64,000 bases of DNA from Spirochaetia bacterium (GTDB lineage: Bacteria > Spirochaetota > Spirochaetia > CADAEX01). The position numbers and the translations under genes were made by a program. Below the pieces are notes generated by a model. That model was not told where the DNA came from and ran no database searches. It saw only the letters and a program-made list of their open reading frames with translations. Of the stretch, positions 54,849 through 63,485 are shown one piece after another. Where the stretch lies: assembly GCA_017642445.1 (NCBI GenBank), contig JAGCPA010000077.1, positions 13,661 through 77,660 on the forward strand, written 5' to 3'. Every line of letters begins with the position of its first letter. The stretch's first letter is position 1.

Positions 54849-55572
54849 ATTTGTTGCTGTCCCTGTATTCTATGGGTGTGAAGCCTGTATACTTCTTGAA
54901 AAGCCGGCCGAAGTAGGATGGATCATCATACCCTACCTTCTCCGATATCTCGTAGGTTTTCTGAGCAGTCTCCAGAAGCATTTTTCTGGCCTCCTCCATC
55001 CTTATCCTGATAAGATAATCCCAGATAGTGATGCCAGTCTCCTTCTTGAAGATATTGCAGAAATAATTCTTGCTCAGTGACACATAATTTGCAATCTTAT
55101 CCAGATTGATGTTCTCCTGATAATTCTTCTCGATATACTCACAGGCCTGCCGGACCGGAAGTGAATAACCCGATGAATCGGCATGGTCTGTCTGACCCGC
55201 GTTCTGATTGATGTTGTAAATCGCCTTGTTCAGAAGCTCTTTAAGCTCAGTCTCGTTTATAGGTTTGAGAAGAAAGCCGGTAACGCCGAAATCCAGGGCT
55301 TTGCGGGCATACTCAAAGGTACCGTAGGCAGTCAGGATAAGAATCTCGCAGTTGTAGCTGTTTGCCTTGATCCACTCAATCAGTTCAAAGCCGTCCATGC
55401 CTGGCATCATTATATCGGTCATGATAATATCGGGCAGATCCTGTTTAATCTTCTCCATCGCCTCCGCCGCACTTTCGGCATATTCTGGGACAATGTCAAA
55501 GGATTTCCAGTCCACAGTGGCCTTGACTATCTCAAAGCTGGTCCGTTCATCATCAATCATCAGTAATCGCAT
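54847..55572 (-). CDS. Response regulator with AraC-type HTH output (YesN-like)
   Basis: The receiver domain has LLMIDDE and DIIMTDIMMPGMDG. The C-terminus is an AraC HTH. Confidence 0.9.
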   Translation of the reverse strand: MRLLMIDDERTSFEIVKATVDWKSFDIVPEYAESAAEAMEKIKQDLPDIIMTDIMMPGMDGFELIEWIKANSYNCEILILTAYGTFEYARKALDFGVTGFLLKPINETELKELLNKAIYNINQNAGQTDHADSSGYSLPVRQACEYIEKNYQENINLDKIANYVSLSKNYFCNIFKKETGITIWDYLIRIRMEEARKMLLETAQKTYEISEKVGYDDPSYFGRLFKKYTGFTPIEYRDSNK

Positions 55573-57161
55573 AATATATCCGGTATCCTTATTGTCACTT
55601 CTGTTCCCTTGCCCAATGTCGAACTGATACTGAGCCCATACCTGAATCCAAATTTCATCTTTATACGGCTGTTCACATTCATAAGTCCAAGATTATGGGG
55701 GAACTCAATCATTCCCTCGGCATCAAGACAACCCTGAATATACTTAAGCCTTCCCTCTTCTATACCGTTCCCATTATCAGCAATTTTAAATATATTCTCC
55801 CTTCTGACACTGGAAACCGAGACCTTAATCTCAAGAGCCCTGTCGGATCTGAATCCATATTTTATGGAATTTTCCACCACCGGCTGCAGCAGCAGCTTAA
55901 GCATCTGATGGTCCAGAAGCTGCTCAGGACACGCTATGGTCAGTATAATACTTTTTTTGAACCGTGTCTGATTGATTGCCACATAATTCTTTATGCTGTT
56001 CAGCTCCTCTTTTATGGAGACATTTTTATCCTGGTCATAAAGGCCATAATGCATAAGGTTTCCAAGCATATCGATAGTTTTTATGATATCTGTATTCTGA
56101 CTGTTGACAGCCATAAGCTTCATTGAATTCAGAGTGTTCAGCAGAAAATGCGGATTTATCTGGTCCTGCAGCGTCTTAATATTTGCCTGTGTGGCGAATA
56201 TTTCCTTCTCGTAGACCTGCTTGGTCAGCTCTGCAATCTTCTCTATCATCATATCCAGCTTGTCGCTTAAGTCCGATATCTCCTGATAGCTGTCGTCGTG
56301 CAACTTTATATCAAAACGGCCGTGTGAGATGAATGATATAAGCTCCTTCATCCTGTTGATGGGATGGAACACCCTCTTCTCCAGCATAATGTTCTGGATA
56401 AAAAGCCAGATGATGAAGATGATGAATACAACCAGAATCGATATTTTGAGTTTGAAGATATCATCCTCTATCTTGGTGAAATCCACATGGAGTTCAAGAT
56501 AGAGATTATTCTTCATAGCATATCTGTAGACCCTATCATATTCGCTTGAATAGAAATGGTTCTCCAGTGTTATATAATTCTTGGCAGAATCGTAGAGCAT
56601 CGATTTTTCCAGTACTGCCCCTGCGTTCTTCAGTGTTGCCAGAAGGCCGTTTATATATGCCCTGTCAAGAAGGACAACGATAAAAACCCCGTCATCCACC
56701 GGATAAGTGATTGATATTTCCTCATTCACCATGGAATCATATAAATCTTTCAAAGGAGAGGTGGAGAAAAAGTATGGGTCGTTATTGTTATGGAAATTGC
56801 CTGACGGGAAAAAAGCATCGGGGTTCACCGGAAAATAGCGCGTTGGCACAGGGTATTCAGCATCGCTCATTTTAATGAAGCCTGTCCGCAGCACTGCCCT
56901 ATCTTTTGCTATATCGGCAGGCTTTCTGTCCAGCGGTGTGTCAGATCTTATTATGCTCAGGAAAGAGCCGGCCTTCTCATCAAAGAACAGATCCAGATAC
57001 TTTGCAGTCATCTGAACTTCGTTCTCGTACTTTGAGTTGTTCAGGTCATAGATGATGGTAATCGCCACGTTATAGAGGATGATGAATATGGAGAAAGCAA
57101 GCAGGATAAGAGAGATAATGGCATGCCTGAAAATAATGTTCTTAAGGCTTCTGCCCTTCAC
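55560..57161 (-). CDS. Sensor histidine kinase, LytS/YesM family
   Basis: Has two TM segments flanking an extracytoplasmic domain, the H-box QINPHFLLNTLNSM, and an HATPase_c domain. Confidence 0.85.
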   Translation of the reverse strand: MKGRSLKNIIFRHAIISLILLAFSIFIILYNVAITIIYDLNNSKYENEVQMTAKYLDLFFDEKAGSFLSIIRSDTPLDRKPADIAKDRAVLRTGFIKMSDAEYPVPTRYFPVNPDAFFPSGNFHNNNDPYFFSTSPLKDLYDSMVNEEISITYPVDDGVFIVVLLDRAYINGLLATLKNAGAVLEKSMLYDSAKNYITLENHFYSSEYDRVYRYAMKNNLYLELHVDFTKIEDDIFKLKISILVVFIIFIIWLFIQNIMLEKRVFHPINRMKELISFISHGRFDIKLHDDSYQEISDLSDKLDMMIEKIAELTKQVYEKEIFATQANIKTLQDQINPHFLLNTLNSMKLMAVNSQNTDIIKTIDMLGNLMHYGLYDQDKNVSIKEELNSIKNYVAINQTRFKKSIILTIACPEQLLDHQMLKLLLQPVVENSIKYGFRSDRALEIKVSVSSVRRENIFKIADNGNGIEEGRLKYIQGCLDAEGMIEFPHNLGLMNVNSRIKMKFGFRYGLSISSTLGKGTEVTIRIPDILCDY

Positions 57162-57170
57162 GATTCCCCC

Positions 57171-58289
57171 TTATTCTACATAAATCCGCGGTACCCTTGG
57201 GTTTATGTTGCAAAGAAGCTCGTAGGAGATAGTGCCGCAGATATCGGCTGCCTCAAAGGCATCCATAGCACCTTCCTCTTCTCCGAACAGAATGACCTCG
57301 TCATCAGGCTTCACCCCATAGGGGTTGCTGCCCAGATCCACCATGAACTGGTCCATGCAGACTCTTCCTGCCAGCGGGTAGCACCTGCCGTTTATGAACA
57401 CCCTGCCCTTGTTGGAGAGGAGCCGGTTGTAGCCGTCCGCATACCCTGCCCCTATAACTGCGATTGTGGTATCCTCAGGCGCCTGCCATGTAAAGCCGTA
57501 GGAGACTTTCTCTCCTTTCCGTATATCCTTTACCTGGAGCACATGGGAGACAAGGTCCATAACCGGTTTAAGATCCAGCTTTCCCTCGCACTCCCTGCTT
57601 GGAGCATAGCCGTATACCAGGATGCCGGGCCGCACCATGTCGAACCAGGTCTCCGGGTACATAAGAATTGCGCCTGATGCAGCACAGTGGATTACAGGGA
57701 TAGTTATTCCAGCCCCCTTGATGCTGTCTATCGCTCTGTTGAAGTTATCTATCTGCTTTCTGGTATCTGTCACATCCACATCATCCAAGGTGTCTGACAC
57801 TGCGAAGTGGGTGCAGGCCCCGGCCAGCTCCAGATATGGGCTTGCATCTATATAGCGGGCCAATGGAAGGGCATCCTCCCAGCGGCAGCCGGCACGGCTC
57901 ATGCCAGAATCCACCTTAAGGTGAACCTTGACCTTCTTATCTGCTTTCTCGGCCGCTTTCTCAACAGCCTTTGCATATTCAATGCAGGAGACAAAAGGCT
58001 GGATATCGTATTCAACCACAGCATCAAGCCCTTCGGTTATGCAGCCCCGGTATATGAGAAGCGGCAGCTTTACCCCCACCTGACGGAGCCTTATCCCCTC
58101 GTTGACATCGGCGATTCCTGCGGCATCCACCAACCCGCTCTTCTCGGCAGCTTTAACCAGCACCTTGGCGCCATGGCCATAGCAGTCGGCTTTTGCGGCC
58201 ATACAGATCTTGCGGCCAGTGATTTTTTTTATCTCTTTAAGATTATGAAGAAAATTTGAAATATTGATACGTGCGTATGTTACAGGCAT
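57171..58289 (-). CDS. alr: Alanine racemase
   Basis: The PLP-lysine motif is AAKADCYGHGA. The C-terminal domain has GYADGY...G.VCMD. Confidence 0.9.
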   Translation of the reverse strand: MPVTYARINISNFLHNLKEIKKITGRKICMAAKADCYGHGAKVLVKAAEKSGLVDAAGIADVNEGIRLRQVGVKLPLLIYRGCITEGLDAVVEYDIQPFVSCIEYAKAVEKAAEKADKKVKVHLKVDSGMSRAGCRWEDALPLARYIDASPYLELAGACTHFAVSDTLDDVDVTDTRKQIDNFNRAIDSIKGAGITIPVIHCAASGAILMYPETWFDMVRPGILVYGYAPSRECEGKLDLKPVMDLVSHVLQVKDIRKGEKVSYGFTWQAPEDTTIAVIGAGYADGYNRLLSNKGRVFINGRCYPLAGRVCMDQFMVDLGSNPYGVKPDDEVILFGEEEGAMDAFEAADICGTISYELLCNINPRVPRIYVE

Positions 58290-58301
58290 GGTTTTATTGT
58301 A

Positions 58302-59636
58302 TCAATCTGGGACTGATTTGTAAATCTTAAGGAAGTAAAAAATTGCGGCCGCCCCGGTTATGAGCCATGAGAAAATATAGAGCAGGTAAAGGGATTCAAT
58401 AGTCTTGAAGAATGCGAAAATAGTGAATATCCAGATGAGCCTGAACACGCAGGATCCCATGATTATGATGAATGACGGCACCAGAGTCTTCCCCAGCCCC
58501 CTTGCAGCCGCCACAGAGCCGTCCATAAGAGCCGAGATGCAGAATGAGAACGACATGATGAAAAGCTTTTTCATGCCGGCATCAACAACTGCGCTGTCAT
58601 TGGTGAATATGCCTATAAGAGCCCTGCCGTTGGTGTAGAACAGGCCGCCGAGGAACGCCCCTGCGAAAAAGGCAATGCCGGTGCTTATGAGGTAGGATTG
58701 GAATATCCGCTTCTTGTTCCCGGCACCGTAGTTCTGCCCCACAAATGTGGCTCCGGCTATATAGAATGCAGCCATGGTCTGGTACACCAGGATATCGAGC
58801 CGGTCCTCGGCAGCGACCCCCGCAACTGTGATTGCGCTGAAAGAGTTGACACCCATCTGCACAAAGCTGTTGGCAAGAGCAAAGACAGAGTGCTGCAGGC
58901 CGGCAGGAACACCGACTTTAAGTATATGTATGGCACTCTTGCCGTTGAAGTACATCTGCGAGAACTTCACATCCAGTTGCGGGGTGCGCCTGAACACAGC
59001 ATTCAGAACCAGCACCGCAGAGACCCCCTGGCTGAGCGAGGTGGCCAGGGCCACGCCCGAGACACCCATTCCGAATGCCACTATGAATATGATATCAAGC
59101 GTCACGTTTATGATCCCGGCCACCAGAAGATAGATAAGGGGTCTGCGGGTGTCGCCGATGGCATTGAGCACCGCATTGCCGAAGTTGTACAGAGCCAGTG
59201 CCGGCAGTCCCATCATGCAGATGCAGAAGTAGAGGATGGCGCTCTCCATGAGCTCCGGCTTGGTGTTCATGGCCGAAAGCACAGGCCGGCACAGGATTAT
59301 GCCCAATGTCATCAGGACAATGCCGGAGGCGAGGCATACGAAGAATGCGGTGTAGATAGTGGAATTCCTCAGGTTGTCGCGCTTGGCGCCGACATAGTAG
59401 GCGACTATGGCGTTCACACCGCTGGCTATTCCTATGAGCATTCCTATGTAGAAGAAGATCGGAGTTGTGGTGCTTCCCACGGCTCCAAGCGCAGCTGCTC
59501 CTGCAAAGCGCCCTGCCACCGCCACATCGGCGATGTTGAAAAGCACCTGCAGCATATTGGTGAATATTAGAGGCAGACTGAATATTAAAATACCTTTATA
59601 CAGAGACCCCTGGCAGGGATCCAGAGCTTTGCCCAT
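58302..59636 (-). CDS. MATE-family efflux transporter
   Basis: 444 aa with 12 TM segments. The N-terminus ILIFSLPLIFTNMLQVLFNIADVAVAGRF is typical of MATE transporters. Confidence 0.9.
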   Translation of the reverse strand: MGKALDPCQGSLYKGILIFSLPLIFTNMLQVLFNIADVAVAGRFAGAAALGAVGSTTTPIFFYIGMLIGIASGVNAIVAYYVGAKRDNLRNSTIYTAFFVCLASGIVLMTLGIILCRPVLSAMNTKPELMESAILYFCICMMGLPALALYNFGNAVLNAIGDTRRPLIYLLVAGIINVTLDIIFIVAFGMGVSGVALATSLSQGVSAVLVLNAVFRRTPQLDVKFSQMYFNGKSAIHILKVGVPAGLQHSVFALANSFVQMGVNSFSAITVAGVAAEDRLDILVYQTMAAFYIAGATFVGQNYGAGNKKRIFQSYLISTGIAFFAGAFLGGLFYTNGRALIGIFTNDSAVVDAGMKKLFIMSFSFCISALMDGSVAAARGLGKTLVPSFIIIMGSCVFRLIWIFTIFAFFKTIESLYLLYIFSWLITGAAAIFYFLKIYKSVPD

Positions 59637-60194
59637 TTACTCTTCGGCTTCTCGCTTCTTCTTTGCAGCCTTCTTTGCCGCTTTGCGCTGCTCTTTCTCA
59701 AGCTTAGCCTTGGCCTTGGCCTCTCTGCGTCTTTCCTTGAACTCTTCCTCGGCCGCCTTTTCCTTAGCAGTCTTCTTGTTGAAGAGCCGCTTGAAGAAAC
59801 CGCCCTTCTCCCGTTCCTCGGCTATGTTCTCTATTCCTTTCTGAGACATAAGGGCAGGCCATGATGGATAGTAGACAGCCTCGTCTGTATTGTATTTATC
59901 AAGGATCTGGTTGAACCGCTCCTCGGCATCATCAAGTTTCCTCTGCTTGAATTTTATGAATGCGATCTCGTACTCTGCCTCGATGATCTTGTTCTTCATG
60001 TCAGGATACCGGCGCATGAACTCCTCGTAGAACTGTATGGCCAGCTTGTACCGGTTCCAGTCTATCACCGCCTCCTGGGCTTTCTGAAAGAACTCCTCAG
60101 GAGTAAGGTCCGGATTATCCAAGTCTTTCTTAAGTGAATGACAGGAGGTGAGCAAAAGCACTATCAACATCATAAAAAGCAAAATTCTTTTCAT
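59637..60194 (-). CDS. TPR-like lipoprotein with a highly charged K/E-rich C-terminal tail
   Basis: The lipobox is in MKRILLFMMLIVLLLTSC. The TPR-like helices include AIQFYEEFMRRYPD. The tail is KKTAKEKAAEEEFKERRREAKAKAKLEKEQRKAAKKAAKKKREAEE. ATG 60194 is preferred over 60251, which would overlap the upstream gene. Confidence 0.55.
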   Translation of the reverse strand: MKRILLFMMLIVLLLTSCHSLKKDLDNPDLTPEEFFQKAQEAVIDWNRYKLAIQFYEEFMRRYPDMKNKIIEAEYEIAFIKFKQRKLDDAEERFNQILDKYNTDEAVYYPSWPALMSQKGIENIAEEREKGGFFKRLFNKKTAKEKAAEEEFKERRREAKAKAKLEKEQRKAAKKAAKKKREAEE

Positions 60195-60222
60195 ATTCTT
60201 ACCATCTTTCATATAATCACAT

Positions 60223-60897
60223 TTAGAAGAAGTAGTAAACCTCCGGCTCAAACTCTTCTCTCTTCTCGGCCGGGGCTGTCATCTCCTCCAGGTTTCCAGA
60301 GAAGCTCTTGACCTTCCATTTCCCGCCGTCCTTGGCCATGACAAACTCGCATATGCAGTCGCCATTACCCATGAAACACCGGGCTGTGACCTTGGCCTCG
60401 CCCCCGGACTCAAGCCCGTTACCGACCCTGACTGCAGTGGGGAAGAACCTGGAGTTCTGCCATTCCTCGAAAAGCATGGTCAGCAGAGTCCTGTTCTCTC
60501 CCAGGAAATAGTTGGAAGGATTCTTAGATATCTTCCCTGCCCTGTAGTCATCGAAGAACTGCACCACAGCAGCCTCGGCTGAATCAGGCTTGAGACCTGA
60601 GTCCACAATCTTTCCGATTATAAAGTCATCGGGCACAACAGGATCTGACTTTCCTGCCATGAGGAACCGCTTCTCGCTGTAGTTCTCTATAGTGACAACA
60701 TTCTGGTGGCTTTTCTTCTTGATCCGGGATGCAGTTATGCTCTGTTCTATGCTGTTCACCCGGTCCTGACTCCTGTGCACACCCTCTCCCTCTGCCGACG
60801 TGGCAGTATCGGAGACACCGTTGGTGCTTACCGCCCTGTTGCTGTCGCAGGATATCATGAGGAGCATTATTATAAGAAAAGACAACAGTTTTCTCAT
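60223..60897 (-). CDS. Lipoprotein of unknown function
   Basis: The lipobox is in MRKLLSFLIIMLLMISC. I recognise no family. Confidence 0.55.
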   Translation of the reverse strand: MRKLLSFLIIMLLMISCDSNRAVSTNGVSDTATSAEGEGVHRSQDRVNSIEQSITASRIKKKSHQNVVTIENYSEKRFLMAGKSDPVVPDDFIIGKIVDSGLKPDSAEAAVVQFFDDYRAGKISKNPSNYFLGENRTLLTMLFEEWQNSRFFPTAVRVGNGLESGGEAKVTARCFMGNGDCICEFVMAKDGGKWKVKSFSGNLEEMTAPAEKREEFEPEVYYFF

Positions 60898-60959
60898 TAT
60901 ATTAAATATATCACATTAATAAAACAATGTCACCCTGAACTAGTTTCATGGTCTGTGAG

Positions 60960-60988
60960 TTGACATTGCTCTTTTTGCGTGGGATAAT
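60960..60988 (+). promoter_or_regulatory. Sigma70-type promoter for fba
   Basis: TTGACA, a 17-nt spacer, then GATAAT. An AGGAG SD lies upstream of ATG 61021. Confidence 0.55.
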
Positions 60989-61020
60989 AATAGAAACAAA
61001 CAAAATAGGAGCGTGCTATT

Positions 61021-62013
61021 ATGACAAGTTACAAAGAGCTTGGCTTGGTGAACACCAGAGAGATGTTCAAGAAAGCAGTAAAGGAAGCTTATGCAGTTCC
61101 TGCATACAACTTCAACAACCTTGAGCAGCTGCAGGCAATCATTCAGGCTTGTGTCGAGACAAAATCACCTGTAATCATCCAGGTTTCCTCCGGCGCAAGA
61201 AAATATGCCAATGCAAACCTTCTCAAGAATATGGCAAAGGGTGCTGTAGAGTATGCACACGAGCTGGGATATGACATTCCGATCTGTCTGCACCTGGACC
61301 ACGGCGACACATTCGAGCTCTGCAAGGACTGTATCGAGAAAGGTTTCTCCTCTGTAATGATCGACGGTTCAAGCAAATCCTTCGAGGACAACATCGCAAT
61401 CACAAAGCAGGTTGTAGACTACGCACATCAGTTTGATGTCACTGTAGAGGGAGAGCTGGGAGTTCTGGCCGGTGTAGAGGACGATGTCGCAGCAGAGAAA
61501 TCCCACTATACAAGACCTGAGGATGTAGAGGAGTTTGTAAAGCGGACAGGAGTTGATTCCCTGGCTATCTCCATCGGAACATCCCACGGTGCAAACAAGT
61601 TCCGCCCGGAGCAGTGCACCCGGAATGCAGAAGGGATCCTTATTCCTCCTCCACTCCGCCACGACATTCTGGCCGAGATTGAGAAGAGAATCCCTGGATT
61701 CCCAATCGTTCTCCACGGTTCATCCTCTGTTCCACAGGAATATGTGAAGATCATCAACACCTACGGCGGAAAGCTCAAGGACTCTGTAGGTATTCCTGAG
61801 TCTGAGCTCCAGAAGGCTGTAAAGTCTGCTGTATGCAAGGTAAACATCGACTCCGACGGAAGACTGGCTATGACAGCTGCCATCAGAAAATATCTGGTGG
61901 ATGATCCTGCTGCATTCGACCCAAGAAAGTATCTGAGCCCTGCACGTGAAGAGCTTAAGAAGCTGTATATGCACAAGAATATCAATGTTCTGTTCTCAGC
62001 TGGCAAAGCTTGA
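61021..62013 (+). CDS. fba: Class II fructose-bisphosphate aldolase
   Basis: AVPAYNFNNLEQ, PVIIQVSSG, LHLDHG, EGELG and LHGSSSVP are the class II FBA motifs. Confidence 0.95.
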   Translation: MTSYKELGLVNTREMFKKAVKEAYAVPAYNFNNLEQLQAIIQACVETKSPVIIQVSSGARKYANANLLKNMAKGAVEYAHELGYDIPICLHLDHGDTFELCKDCIEKGFSSVMIDGSSKSFEDNIAITKQVVDYAHQFDVTVEGELGVLAGVEDDVAAEKSHYTRPEDVEEFVKRTGVDSLAISIGTSHGANKFRPEQCTRNAEGILIPPPLRHDILAEIEKRIPGFPIVLHGSSSVPQEYVKIINTYGGKLKDSVGIPESELQKAVKSAVCKVNIDSDGRLAMTAAIRKYLVDDPAAFDPRKYLSPAREELKKLYMHKNINVLFSAGKA

Positions 62014-62039
62014 TTCAGACAGTACGCAAAATGGGAATA

Positions 62040-62075
62040 AAAAAGCCATCCTCTCGGGGATGGCTTTTCTTTTTA
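62040..62075. terminator. Bidirectional rho-independent terminator
   Basis: AAAAAGCCATCC, loop tctcgg, GGATGGCTTTTCTTTTT. Confidence 0.7.
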
Positions 62076-62089
62076 TGCAGAGCTTTCAG

Positions 62090-62830
62090 TTAAAGCACTG
62101 CTTTAAGGAACTGCTGGAGCCGCTCGCACTTAGGGTGCTCGAAGATCTCCTGCGGGGTCCCCTCCTCGGCTATGACGCCTCCATCTATAAAGAGGACACG
62201 GTCTGCCACTTCACGGGCAAAGCCCATCTCGTGGGTAACCACAGCCATGGTCATTCCTGCCTTGGCCAGATCCTTCATTACATTCAGAACCTCTCCTACC
62301 ATCTCGGGATCCAGTGCCGATGTAGGCTCGTCGAAGAGCATTACATCAGGATTCATTGCCAGTGACCGTACAATAGCTATACGCTGCTTCTGACCGCCCG
62401 AACAGGTTGAGGGATATTTATCCGCCTTGTCCTCCAGACCGACTCTCTTAAGAAGATCGATGGCAATTTTTTTTGCCTCCTCCTCGCTCTTAAGATTCAG
62501 GGTCACAGGGGCAAGCATAAGATTCTGCAGGATTGTAAGGTGCGGGAACAGGTTGAAGTGCTGGAACACCATTCCCATCTTCTGACGTGCCTTGTCCAGG
62601 TCGGTCTTTGGATCGGTCAGGTTGATTCCCTCGAAAGTTATGCTTCCTCCGGTAGGAGTCTCCAGCATGTTAAGACACCGCAGGAATGTCGATTTACCGC
62701 ATCCTGAGGGACCGATTATTACAATCTTTTCTCCGCGGCGGATATCCAGGCAGATATCCTCAAGGACATTGCGCCCGCCGTTGAAAGATTTCTTGAGATG
62801 GCTGACTTTAATTAAAACTTCATCTGTCAC
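62090..62830 (-). CDS. Amino-acid ABC transporter ATP-binding protein (GlnQ/HisP type)
   Basis: [22 protein letters not shown] and [14 protein letters not shown] 62830 is preferred because the ORF-track start at 62860 overlaps the permease gene by 41 nt. Confidence 0.9.
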   Translation of the reverse strand: MTDEVLIKVSHLKKSFNGGRNVLEDICLDIRRGEKIVIIGPSGCGKSTFLRCLNMLETPTGGSITFEGINLTDPKTDLDKARQKMGMVFQHFNLFPHLTILQNLMLAPVTLNLKSEEEAKKIAIDLLKRVGLEDKADKYPSTCSGGQKQRIAIVRSLAMNPDVMLFDEPTSALDPEMVGEVLNVMKDLAKAGMTMAVVTHEMGFAREVADRVLFIDGGVIAEEGTPQEIFEHPKCERLQQFLKAVL

Positions 62831-63485
62831 TTCTGGCCATCCTTTTCTCGAACACATCAAATACCTTGGTAAGTCCCAGTGTCAGGATAAGGTAGATGAT
62901 TGCACAGGTGAGAAGCGGGATCCACGCATTGTAGGTTGCGTTACGGATCATGTCTCCAGCCTTGGTCATATCCATTACTGCGATAAAGCTGGCTACTGAT
63001 GTCTCCTTGATAAGCACTATGAACTCGCTGGTATAGGTAGGAAGCACAGCCTTGACAGCCTGGGGCAGGATAATCTTGAACAGGGTCTGCCGCTTGGAAA
63101 GTCCCAGCGAGCGGCCTGCCTCGGTCTGCCCGATGTCCACCCCCTGGATACCGGCACGGAAAATCTCGGTGCAGTAGGCGCCGGAGTTGAGGCCGTACGC
63201 CAGAATTGCAACCACAAGCTTAGGCAGATGCAGCGGGGCAAACACAACAAAGTAGAAGATCATGAGCTGTGTAGCCAGCGGCAGGCCGCGGAGTACTGTG
63301 GTGTACAGGGTTCCTATTCCTTTAAGGATCCTGTTGTCTGAGATTTTCATCAGGGCCAGGATACAGCCCAGGATTGTTCCTATGATAATAGCACAGACAG
63401 CAATAATCAGGGTAACGCCTAAGCCCTGGAGAATCAGGACATAGCGTTGCCCCGCTATCATTGTGTCATATATGGAATGAAACAT
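62820..63485 (-). CDS. Amino-acid ABC transporter permease (His/Glu/Gln/Arg/opine family)
   Basis: 221 aa with a BPD_transp_1 domain and the motif [23 protein letters not shown]. Confidence 0.9.
   Translation of the reverse strand: MFHSIYDTMIAGQRYVLILQGLGVTLIIAVCAIIIGTILGCILALMKISDNRILKGIGTLYTTVLRGLPLATQLMIFYFVVFAPLHLPKLVVAILAYGLNSGAYCTEIFRAGIQGVDIGQTEAGRSLGLSKRQTLFKIILPQAVKAVLPTYTSEFIVLIKETSVASFIAVMDMTKAGDMIRNATYNAWIPLLTCAIIYLILTLGLTKVFDVFEKRMARSDR

Noticed and set aside
60195-60251. Longer N-terminal start (60251) for the TPR-like lipoprotein
   Set aside because: It would overlap the upstream lipoprotein gene by 29 nt and put 19 non-signal residues in front of the signal peptide. ATG 60194 gives a canonical MKR + hydrophobic + Cys lipoprotein signal.
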